From the IMG/VR virus record IMGVR_UViG_3300024331_000231, positions 11,923-75,922 of that record: DNA of 64,000 nt, one strand, 5' to 3'. The notes beneath the pieces were generated by a model that saw only the letters and a list, made by a program, of their open reading frames with translations, ran no database searches and was not told where the DNA came from. Positions within the stretch are counted from its first letter, which is position 1; every line of letters begins with the position of its first letter. The stretch comes from a virus (lineage: Duplodnaviria; Caudoviricetes). The translations under genes were made by a program, and so were the position numbers. Of the stretch, positions 56,448 to 64,000 are shown piece by piece.

Positions 56448-57452
56448 ATGATGGAAGACAAAAAAGCAGAGTTACCGGTCCTGATGACCCCAGACCGAAT
56501 GCAGTTAAAAATAACTGGTGAGCTTTCCAAAATAGGATTGACGCTTTCGCAGCTACAAGAGCGGGCTTTGAACATAGTCAAAAATCGGGATAATTTGCCG
56601 ATAATGAGGGATTTGAAGGAAGACATCAAAAAAGGCCGCGACGTTGCTGAAGAAAGTTTTCAGCAGGTCAAAAAACCTTATTGGGATGCGGGCAAAGCCT
56701 GTGATGCCGGGAAAAAACTAGTTTTTGACGAATTTGCGCGGATCGAAGGTATGTTTGACGGATATTATTCCAAAGAACTAAAGGCTATAGCCGATGAAAA
56801 GCGATTACAAGACCTAAAAATTGCACAAACTACCGCGATTTTGAAGGGGATTGAAACCAATTTGATCACCTTGTCCCAAAAGATCGTAGCGGCGGTCACG
56901 ACAAAGCAGATTTTGGAGGTAGAGTCCTTAATCAACCTGCAAAAAAGCCCGTCGATGGCCAAAAAGTACGGGGAATATCATGAACAGGCCATTGCACGGT
57001 TCGATGAGGTGCTCATGCCGATATTACGGGACAAAAAAGCGAAGATCAAGGAGATCGAAGAGCATAATCGCCAACTGGCGGTAGCCGAAGCCAATAATGA
57101 CCCCGATGCGATGGAGAAAATCGACGAGCGGATCAATGAATTGTCCGATGGCATCCTGCAAAACAACGCCAATGTCGAAGAAGCGGCGCTCAACCAGGAG
57201 TTTTTCCCGGTAGAATATGCAACGGAAGTGCTGCCGGACGTCAAAACAAAGCGAACCAACTACAGTTTTGCGATCGCGGATTTGGATGTCGCCATCAAAA
57301 AGTCAAGGCATTTGCTGGAAATAGGAATCGACAACAAACTGGCCCGGAACGAAATGGACGTACTCCACATCAAAGAGATGCTGAAGGACAAAGACGAGGT
57401 CGTCGTCAACGGAATCAAATACATTGCCACCAAAGTAAGGGAGGCGCTATGA
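56448..57452 (+). CDS. coiled-coil recombination-module protein (DUF1351/Gp157-like)
   Basis: Long helical ORF, VKKPYWDAGK; upstream of the annealing protein gene. Confidence 0.5.
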   Translation: MMEDKKAELPVLMTPDRMQLKITGELSKIGLTLSQLQERALNIVKNRDNLPIMRDLKEDIKKGRDVAEESFQQVKKPYWDAGKACDAGKKLVFDEFARIEGMFDGYYSKELKAIADEKRLQDLKIAQTTAILKGIETNLITLSQKIVAAVTTKQILEVESLINLQKSPSMAKKYGEYHEQAIARFDEVLMPILRDKKAKIKEIEEHNRQLAVAEANNDPDAMEKIDERINELSDGILQNNANVEEAALNQEFFPVEYATEVLPDVKTKRTNYSFAIADLDVAIKKSRHLLEIGIDNKLARNEMDVLHIKEMLKDKDEVVVNGIKYIATKVREAL

Positions 57453-58060
57453 AAAAGGAAAGATCCGCTCCTAAAGCCGCCGCACCAAAAAAAACTACTT
57501 TATCCCCGAAGGAGTTCCGCCAGCAGGCCCCGGCGCCGCAGGACATCCAGGAAGGAGCCAAAGGGGGATATCACATCCCCATCCTGGCACTGGAAAACTC
57601 CCTTGACTTCTTCCGGTGGGGAACGAGTAATTTCCAGTGGCAGTTCTATAACGACGGCCGGCGCCGGCAAGGCGTGAGTGCGTCGCTGATCCTGATCCTG
57701 CACTATCCGAATGAAAAGGGCGTCGAGGTCGCCGATCATTTCGTGGGGGCCTGTAATTTCTGGGTGGACTCGATAGCTCCGATTGAAGATTTTCTAGCCA
57801 CGGCCAAGAGCCTGTGCATCAAGAATGCGGCTACCGATGCCGGCCGGAAGTTCGGCAGAGGCCTAAACGAGGAGGTTATGCCAAAGATCACCGCCGCGGC
57901 GATACAGAATGCCAGCGAGAAAATGAAGCCCGATAAAGGCATCTTGGAGAGCTACAGGAAGGCCATAGCAAATGAAGACGATATCCAGAAAGCCATTTTA
58001 GAAAACATTTACGTATTTGAAACCGAAGACAATGAGCAAACAACTAGACAAGAAGGATGA
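57449..58060 (+). CDS. Rad52/Sak-like single-strand annealing protein
   Basis: HIPILALENSLD...TAKSLCIKNAA...FGRGLN. Confidence 0.65.
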   Translation: MKKERSAPKAAAPKKTTLSPKEFRQQAPAPQDIQEGAKGGYHIPILALENSLDFFRWGTSNFQWQFYNDGRRRQGVSASLILILHYPNEKGVEVADHFVGACNFWVDSIAPIEDFLATAKSLCIKNAATDAGRKFGRGLNEEVMPKITAAAIQNASEKMKPDKGILESYRKAIANEDDIQKAILENIYVFETEDNEQTTRQEG

Positions 58061-58208
58061 GGAATTCATAAAAAAGGCGCAGGAAGTCATAAATGGTTTG
58101 AACAATTTTAGTATTGTCCAGCCAGACAATGCGCCCTTATTCAATAAGGTAACCGACATGCTAGAACTTAAAATTAAAGAAATAAAAGATGGAAACGAAA
58201 CTGTTTGA
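58032..58208 (+). CDS. hypothetical phage protein
   Basis: Short helical ORF; likely start MSKQ. Confidence 0.5.
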   Translation: MSKQLDKKDEEFIKKAQEVINGLNNFSIVQPDNAPLFNKVTDMLELKIKEIKDGNETV

Positions 58209-58527
58209 GGTACGGGATAGGATGACATTTATTCCGGTAATTGTTATTAACCTGAATCCGGGGAATGAAGCGGACCGGTTTTTACTTGGTCGGGCTGGCT
58301 TTGGTACGACCGTGGAAGATCAACAGCATAGGTGGCTTTATGCTAGCCTCAACATTTTACAATTCGAAGTTGATCCAATGGCCTCTCGAAATCGTACCCA
58401 GCAAGTTTCGCACCTTTTCATAATAGAGCATTGGATGGAACTTGAGTCTGGGGCTGTGATAGATGTGGAGCATATAATGGGAGAAACAACAGCACCAAAA
58501 GTATCTGAACGGTTGCAGCAATGCTGA
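58189..58527 (+). CDS. hypothetical phage protein
   Basis: 112 aa; FEVRDRMTFIPV...HWMELESGAVIDVE. Confidence 0.6.
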   Translation: METKLFEVRDRMTFIPVIVINLNPGNEADRFLLGRAGFGTTVEDQQHRWLYASLNILQFEVDPMASRNRTQQVSHLFIIEHWMELESGAVIDVEHIMGETTAPKVSERLQQC

Positions 58528-59246
58528 AAAAAGCTCATATATCAAAGATCAAAGCCGGCGATGAGGAATGGTTCATGGGACGTTTGGGGAAATTCACCAG
58601 TTCGGAGGTCCATCTGATCTGCAAGCCGGAGGGAATTGGTAAAGGAGGTAGGTCCTACATCCGGCGCAAGGTAGGAGAGGAAATGACGGGCAGGCCTGCG
58701 AAAGACGATATTGATGTACCGGCGACACGGCATGGCCTGTTGCACGAAAGGGATATGCTGATCAAATTCGGCAAAAAAATGGGCCTTGACTTCTTGGTCC
58801 TGCAGCAGCTGATCACGATCCCGGGCACCCGGTATGGATCGACGCCCGACGCTTTGATCGTCACTCGCGAGAGCCCAGACGGAACAGAATATGAGGTAGA
58901 GACGGTGGAAGGCAAATGCCCTATCACCTATGATGCCTACATCGCTTTATTCGAATGCGACACGCCACAGCAATTGAAAGAGACTATGAAGGACTATTAC
59001 TGGCAGGTGTTGGATCAGATGGACAACTGCGGCGCCAGCCGAGCCCACTTTGTTATTTACCATCCAGATTTCAAGGCTGGCAACCACAAATCCATTATCT
59101 TGGACAGAAGAGAACCGGTGCTAACGCCCAAGGGCAAAGTATTTGCCATCAATGATGATCTGAAATTCCTGCAAAAAAGGAAATTGGAAGCAGTAGGAAT
59201 ATTCGAGGAAATCAGGTCAAAGCTCATGATGGTGCCCCCGTTGTAA
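58521..59246 (+). CDS. YqaJ/lambda-exonuclease-like recombinase nuclease
   Basis: WFMGRLGKFTSSE, HGLLHE, STPDAL, VEGKCP, YYWQVLDQM. Confidence 0.85.
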   Translation: MLKKAHISKIKAGDEEWFMGRLGKFTSSEVHLICKPEGIGKGGRSYIRRKVGEEMTGRPAKDDIDVPATRHGLLHERDMLIKFGKKMGLDFLVLQQLITIPGTRYGSTPDALIVTRESPDGTEYEVETVEGKCPITYDAYIALFECDTPQQLKETMKDYYWQVLDQMDNCGASRAHFVIYHPDFKAGNHKSIILDRREPVLTPKGKVFAINDDLKFLQKRKLEAVGIFEEIRSKLMMVPPL

Positions 59247-59261
59247 CCAATTAAACGTCAT

Positions 59262-59639
59262 ATGAACAAGAAAAAGTCTGTAAAGAAAAAAGCCGTCCCT
59301 GCCAAAAGAAAATACAGCAGAAGGACCTTGCCGGATAAGATAAAGCAAAAGGAAAGCGCAAAGACTGAACTTGAGATTTCCACGACGAAGCTCGAAGAGA
59401 GCCTGTTCAAGATTGAAAAGTTCGATGGTGATTTTAATCGGCAGACTTTTCAACTGACTCAAGACTATGCACAGTTGAAAGAAGCTATTACAAAGGTGAA
59501 GCCCAGCGAAGCTTTTGTAATAAGGAAGAAGTGGGGTATGCACGCGTATAGGATGGTCGACGATCTTCAACTGAAGATAAAAATAAAAATAGTAGCTATT
59601 CCGGGCGTGGAATATGCGCGGGTGGTCCGGCTTAGCTGA
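59262..59639 (+). CDS. basic hypothetical protein
   Basis: Lys-rich N-terminus; possible AbrB-like C-terminus. Confidence 0.5.
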   Translation: MNKKKSVKKKAVPAKRKYSRRTLPDKIKQKESAKTELEISTTKLEESLFKIEKFDGDFNRQTFQLTQDYAQLKEAITKVKPSEAFVIRKKWGMHAYRMVDDLQLKIKIKIVAIPGVEYARVVRLS

Positions 59640-59652
59640 TAAAAACAAAGCA

Positions 59653-60279
59653 ATGAATATGTCTGGGGTCACAGCCACGCAGGAGTTGGCGCAAGTAATT
59701 ACCAAGTGGCCGGCCGAAGCCCACGACACGGTACTTCGAATGATAGAAGCGAGGTATCACTACTTCCGTGCAATGTATCAAAGTGCGGGGCCGGCGGATT
59801 TCGTCAAAGCATTTTATGAGGCTTTTGATGAAGTGCAAGCAGAACAAGTTAAAGACGTAAGTTGTAAAAAGGGATGTTACCTGTGCTGTCGGCAAAACGT
59901 TAGTATTTTTCCTGATGAGGCGACAGTGATTGCGGACTATTGTTCCGAGCAGGGCATTCCGATTCCAAAAGGCTATCTGAAAGAGCAGCTGAAGTACGAC
60001 TGGAAGGAAGTCGCAAAAACCGAGGCAGGATGGTGTGTTTTTTTGACGAACGGGTTGTGCGGCATCTATCCAGTGCGCCCGTTGACTTGCCGGAAATATC
60101 ATGTAGTTTCAGCGCCGGAGCTTTGCGACACGGTGAAATACCCCGCTGACCAAGGATTTAATGTAAGCGTCCCAATTTTCACGATACCAGAAATAGAGGC
60201 TAGTGCATACTGTGGCGTGTTGTCGAAGAAAGGAAAAGCAGGACGTATGGCAGAAATGTTATTGCCTTATAGCAAATAA
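59653..60279 (+). CDS. YkgJ/CxxCxxCC family (FliB-like) Zn- or Fe-S-chelating protein
   Basis: CKKGCYLCC...CVFL..GLCGIYPVRPLTCRKY. Confidence 0.8.
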   Translation: MNMSGVTATQELAQVITKWPAEAHDTVLRMIEARYHYFRAMYQSAGPADFVKAFYEAFDEVQAEQVKDVSCKKGCYLCCRQNVSIFPDEATVIADYCSEQGIPIPKGYLKEQLKYDWKEVAKTEAGWCVFLTNGLCGIYPVRPLTCRKYHVVSAPELCDTVKYPADQGFNVSVPIFTIPEIEASAYCGVLSKKGKAGRMAEMLLPYSK

Positions 60280-60290
60280 AATACTACCTG

Positions 60291-60803
60291 ATGGAAATAG
60301 ATTCAACAGTCAAAGGGTTGATGGATGTTGGCTTCGCCCATATGAAAGAGATACTTTTAAAAGGAGACGAAGTTCTACCATTGTTGATTTATTATGCATT
60401 GGAGAATGGACATGACGCTATTTTCCCTGTTGGTGGGTTGGCAACTTCCGGGGAATGGAAGAGGCAGTTGCCGGGCATCATTAAGGCCCTTTGGAATAGA
60501 ATCACTTTCTCAAAGCCTGGTCTAAAATTGGTTGCAGTACTGATGCAATCCGATGCGTGGGTCGAGAACGCCTCTGTCGAGGAGGTGGAAAAAATGATGA
60601 AAGAAGGCAGAAAAGTTCCTTTTACCCCCAAAACTGGTGAGCAAGAGGCTTTGGTGATACAGGTTTCGCTTGAGGATCAAAACTTATTATACCAGCTGCC
60701 CTATGTAAAAGGAGGTGGTGAGATTGTATTTAAAGAGGTTATTGAGAAAACAGAAAGTTTTGCGCACCGTGGGGCGCGGCTTTCGAGGTTATGGCCGCTT
60801 TAA
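60291..60803 (+). CDS. hypothetical phage protein
   Basis: 170 aa. Confidence 0.6.
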   Translation: MEIDSTVKGLMDVGFAHMKEILLKGDEVLPLLIYYALENGHDAIFPVGGLATSGEWKRQLPGIIKALWNRITFSKPGLKLVAVLMQSDAWVENASVEEVEKMMKEGRKVPFTPKTGEQEALVIQVSLEDQNLLYQLPYVKGGGEIVFKEVIEKTESFAHRGARLSRLWPL

Positions 60804-60826
60804 ACTAATGAAATAAAATTATTTAT

Positions 60827-61186
60827 ATGGATTTTGATATCTGGTCTACCAGTGCTACGCAAGGCGAACTTTACGATCCTGCCATGGAAGTACAGACCAA
60901 GGAGGAGGCAGCGGCCTACTTTAAAAAATTGCAGGATATGATGACAGATGTTCATCCCGACATTAGCGAGAAGATCATCAAAGCGAATTTAGGCTATTGG
61001 GCAGCCTATGGAGATTCAGAGAGGCGAGAACGTGTAGAAAGGTTGTATGACTGCGAGCATCCGATTTTCGGTCGTATTGCGGAACTGGGGAGGCCTTCTA
61101 CAGATGAAGCGTTTCAACTAGGATGTAATAGAGCAAAAGGAGAAGGGCCACAGAATTTGGCAACATTGCGAGCGAGTAAGCAATAA
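60827..61186 (+). CDS. hypothetical phage protein
   Basis: 119 aa; KANLGYWAAY...ERVERLYDCEHPIFG. Confidence 0.6.
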   Translation: MDFDIWSTSATQGELYDPAMEVQTKEEAAAYFKKLQDMMTDVHPDISEKIIKANLGYWAAYGDSERRERVERLYDCEHPIFGRIAELGRPSTDEAFQLGCNRAKGEGPQNLATLRASKQ

Positions 61187-61330
61187 GCGATATTTTTAGT
61201 GTGTAGTAGCCATGATAGCAGCTTGCTGGATAGAGCGGGCTGCGGGTTTTTAATCCCTACTTCCTGGTCTGTCCCGGAGCTTCTGGGCAGGGATGGGCCA
61301 TTTTTCTGTAAATTTAGTACTTTGGACTAA

Positions 61331-62152
61331 ATGAAGATCAACTACAAAAATACCTGTTTGGAGTGGCTGGAGAATCCCAGAAAGATGTGTTTTCACATTC
61401 CGGACAATAATAAATTTTCTAGCCAAGAAGAGGAACAAAAATTCGGAGAAAGTGTGCGGAATGGATTTATCGAGCTAATGGCGAAGGAAAGTGATGATAT
61501 CAAGCCGTTCAGGGATAAAATCAGGTTTATAAGCAGACCGTTTTTGGAAGCCTATGAAAAGGCTAGACCTAGCTTTGCCAATGTGTTCGATAAGGAAGAA
61601 ATGGAGGAGACGGGAGTTTTTATTACGCAAATTGGTTCATTCACTAATACATATTTTTACTACCTCAAGACGGGGAATGAAGGAGACGACTGGTTATACG
61701 ACATGAACCTGATGATTTTTACAAAACATTCGCAGGCAGAGTTGCCCGGCTTAGACTGTTTGGTAGCTATAAATATGGATCATGAAAAGGGGACTGTTCG
61801 AGAAAAGACTTTTGTTTATAAAGAGTGGGAGGAAAATGGCAGTGATGCAGTCTACTGGCAGAGTTGGCTTATTACATTGCTGCTATTCATCAAATATTGC
61901 CCATTGGAGACGAAGTTCATCGCCGGCGGCCGGAAGGAGCATCATGTTGGCCAGAAATACGTGAATGAGACGAAGCAGAAAATCGAGATACTGGACTCGA
62001 CCTGGTTCACGACGATTGTGCGATCAGAGGGATTTGGGGTCCGAGGTCATTTCCGGATGCAGCCGTATGGTCCCGGGATGACGCAGCGGCGCCTGCAGTG
62101 GATAGAGCCCTTCGAGAAGGAGGGATACACGAGAAGAGCGAAAATATTGTAA
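61331..62152 (+). CDS. hypothetical phage protein with a VRGHFR.QPYG C-terminal motif
   Basis: GVRGHFRMQPYGPG...LQWIEPF is a recurrent phage motif of unknown function. Confidence 0.6.
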   Translation: MKINYKNTCLEWLENPRKMCFHIPDNNKFSSQEEEQKFGESVRNGFIELMAKESDDIKPFRDKIRFISRPFLEAYEKARPSFANVFDKEEMEETGVFITQIGSFTNTYFYYLKTGNEGDDWLYDMNLMIFTKHSQAELPGLDCLVAINMDHEKGTVREKTFVYKEWEENGSDAVYWQSWLITLLLFIKYCPLETKFIAGGRKEHHVGQKYVNETKQKIEILDSTWFTTIVRSEGFGVRGHFRMQPYGPGMTQRRLQWIEPFEKEGYTRRAKIL

Positions 62153-62158
62153 CATTAT

Positions 62159-62413
62159 ATGGAAGAAATTCATTCACCTAAGCAAATCGAAGAGATCAAT
62201 TTGAGTCGGGCCGCTCAGATGGCAAAGACGTTAATGAGTGTCGGCGGCTTCCCGGTCCTTATATGTGGGATTATCCCAGGAGAGAAAGGGAATAAATTGG
62301 TGACGTTTACTTTTAGCGGGGCTGACAAAAACGCTATGCGTGAAATGCTGATGGAATATCTCGGAGAATTGGATGATTCCAGCTATCACGTACCGGAGGG
62401 ATATGGTACATAA
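62159..62413 (+). CDS. hypothetical phage protein
   Basis: 84 aa. Confidence 0.55.
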   Translation: MEEIHSPKQIEEINLSRAAQMAKTLMSVGGFPVLICGIIPGEKGNKLVTFTFSGADKNAMREMLMEYLGELDDSSYHVPEGYGT

Positions 62414-62428
62414 AAACTGCACTTTCAA

Positions 62429-62689
62429 ATGACTCAGGAAGAAATTTGGCGTTCAAACGGGCAGGATTGTGGTTATCCTACGTGTTGCATTGATGCTTTC
62501 GTTGATCGGGGGTTAATATTTAGGCGTACCGGGGAAATTGAACCGCTTACGGATGATCAATTAAAAGCCTCGGCCGGCTCCGGATTCGTTCCGTGTCCTG
62601 TTTGCGCAAAAAAAATAGTGGATGGAATGCCGATAGGGGAAATTATCAAGGACAGAGCGGCGTTTTTGCCGCCGTTCCCGTTGGGCTGA
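62429..62689 (+). CDS. small Cys-containing hypothetical protein
   Basis: GYPTCCIDAF...GFVPCPVCA. Confidence 0.6.
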   Translation: MTQEEIWRSNGQDCGYPTCCIDAFVDRGLIFRRTGEIEPLTDDQLKASAGSGFVPCPVCAKKIVDGMPIGEIIKDRAAFLPPFPLG

Positions 62690-62720
62690 AAAGATCGATT
62701 ATTAACTATCTTGCATTAGT

Positions 62721-63179
62721 ATGGAAGAAATAATAAACAACATCACGAAGGACGTCAATGAAATGACCAGGGAAGAGTTTGAGCAGTTGCCTGAGCGTGG
62801 CTGGAATGAGGAAATCGGGCCTTTCGATTCTTTGGTGATCGTTCCTAATGAGGAAATCCACGATAGTGGTTTTCGTTGTATGGGCTTCGTGGCTGTATTG
62901 CATAGTGTTGCAATCTGTAAAATAGTGGGGGGCAGTGATGTTATCCACGTAGATGGTATTGGCGGAATGGGTCAGTGGGGCATGACAAAATTCTACAGAA
63001 GAGGAGGAAAGATGCCGCATTTGGTGGAGTCGTGGTCGATCGACTGCCTGAAGGTTTCGGGATATCTCCGGTTGTTCCCCATGTACCCTTTCACTATGAG
63101 GGCCGGCGTTGCAATGTCGAGTTTTGAAATATTTAATGTTCCTCCGGCTTATGGAGGAAAAAAAGGTCTCTTTTCCTGA
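62721..63179 (+). CDS. hypothetical phage protein
   Basis: 152 aa; HDSGFRCM...SDVIHVDGIGG...WSIDCL. Confidence 0.6.
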   Translation: MEEIINNITKDVNEMTREEFEQLPERGWNEEIGPFDSLVIVPNEEIHDSGFRCMGFVAVLHSVAICKIVGGSDVIHVDGIGGMGQWGMTKFYRRGGKMPHLVESWSIDCLKVSGYLRLFPMYPFTMRAGVAMSSFEIFNVPPAYGGKKGLFS

Positions 63180-63381
63180 GTTCAGCAAAATGTACGTCGA
63201 TTTACTGCAGAAAGAACGGGACGGGAAACTGGGAGAAGTAATGAAACTATCCTTGTGGCTCGGTGTTATGCTTCCGGATCGTGATCCGGGCACTGAGCAT
63301 ATGCGGCGTTTTTTGTGGGAGAAGGGGTATCATCGCGGATCTGCCTACGGGGATAGGTTGGACAAAGAATTCAAAAAATAA
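63151..63381 (+). CDS. hypothetical phage protein
   Basis: Likely start MEEKK at 63151. Confidence 0.5.
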   Translation: MEEKKVSFPEFSKMYVDLLQKERDGKLGEVMKLSLWLGVMLPDRDPGTEHMRRFLWEKGYHRGSAYGDRLDKEFKK

Positions 63382-63941
63382 TCGTCAACTTTTTGTGAAT
63401 GTAGCCACTGTGAAGCTACTCCTAGTGCCTGCCAGGCATGTTTACTAAGCCCAAATCGGTTTGTTTTACCAGGTTTAGGCGTTTCTATATTCCACAAGTC
63501 CTTCATTGCGGCGATGACGATACGGTCATTGACCATACTGGCATGCGGTTTGCAATATTCTCCGTCTTTCCGCCGCTTGTTACGGCAAATAATCTCCTTC
63601 TCGATCCGGGGAATCGAAATTTTCTGGAAGTTATGAAAAATGTACGACTTGACCGTACTACGGGGAATTAATTTATAGGCGATTCCAGCCGTTTTAAGGC
63701 GATATTCCAGCTCCCCTATCCATTTGCAGGTGTCGATTAGGTCCTGGCTCAGACGGGCGCCGTAGGGCTTTACATCCTCGATTAGGACGAGGAGGGGTAC
63801 TTTTGTTTCGAACTCCAACATTATGTTAAATAGAATGTCGGCTTTCCCCATATTGCCGGCCTTCACGATTTCACCATAGCGCAGGATCACCAGGCCAGAG
63901 ACTTCGGGACCGGGATCAAGGGCAACCACATGCATTTTCAT
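63345..63941 (-). CDS. RuvC-like Holliday junction resolvase
   Basis: VVALDPGPEVSGLV, LIED, HAWQALGVA. Confidence 0.75.
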   Translation of the reverse strand: MKMHVVALDPGPEVSGLVILRYGEIVKAGNMGKADILFNIMLEFETKVPLLVLIEDVKPYGARLSQDLIDTCKWIGELEYRLKTAGIAYKLIPRSTVKSYIFHNFQKISIPRIEKEIICRNKRRKDGEYCKPHASMVNDRIVIAAMKDLWNIETPKPGKTNRFGLSKHAWQALGVASQWLHSQKVDDYFLNSLSNLSP

Positions 63942-64000
63942 CTATTTTGCTAGATTTGACTTTTTTAATACTTTTGAAGTAGCAGCGTGTGTGTGTTTAC

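Noticed and set aside
62706-63293. 195-aa minus-strand ORF
   Set aside because: Antisense to two credible plus-strand genes; no motifs.

Overview
The whole window reads as a tailed bacteriophage genome (or most of one), with no host housekeeping genes. It is probably a podovirus-type phage of a Bacteroidota host, Chitinophagaceae-like. The host call rests on TTTG-N19-TAnnTTTG promoters, A-rich translation starts without Shine-Dalgarno sites, ECF sigma domains of Bacteroidota type and signal peptides followed by Gln. Layout: 1-5 kb methyltransferase/glycosyltransferase cluster with an HNH gene; 6-8.4 kb GroEL, GroES and a double-GroES-like gene; 8.6-34 kb Crassvirales-like morphogenesis module (portal, TerL, scaffold, major capsid, ring proteins, muzzle, four cargo proteins); 34-41.6 kb tail fibre, esterase and lysis genes; 42-49 kb ParB and a leftward early-gene block under two near-identical promoters; 49.3-50.8 kb a tandem ECF-sigma fusion; 51-53.7 kb non-coding region with structured RNAs and tRNA-fMet; 54-64 kb XRE regulator, Rad52/Sak-like and YqaJ-like recombination genes, hypotheticals and a RuvC-like resolvase. 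I saw no integrase, DNA polymerase, primase/helicase, virion RNA polymerase motif, reverse transcriptase or CRISPR array. The best leads are: (1) a cluster of aberrant tRNA-like RNAs plus a pseudoknotted RNA facing tRNA-fMet; (2) a small basic gene overprinted inside the 2172-aa cargo gene, directly after a circularly permuted histidine phosphatase; (3) a sigma2-sigma4-sigma4-sigma2-sigma4 fusion; (4) tail and lysis proteins carrying Sec-type signal peptides; (5) a GroEL remodelled at its ring-ring interface. All family assignments are by eye from motifs; no database searches were run.
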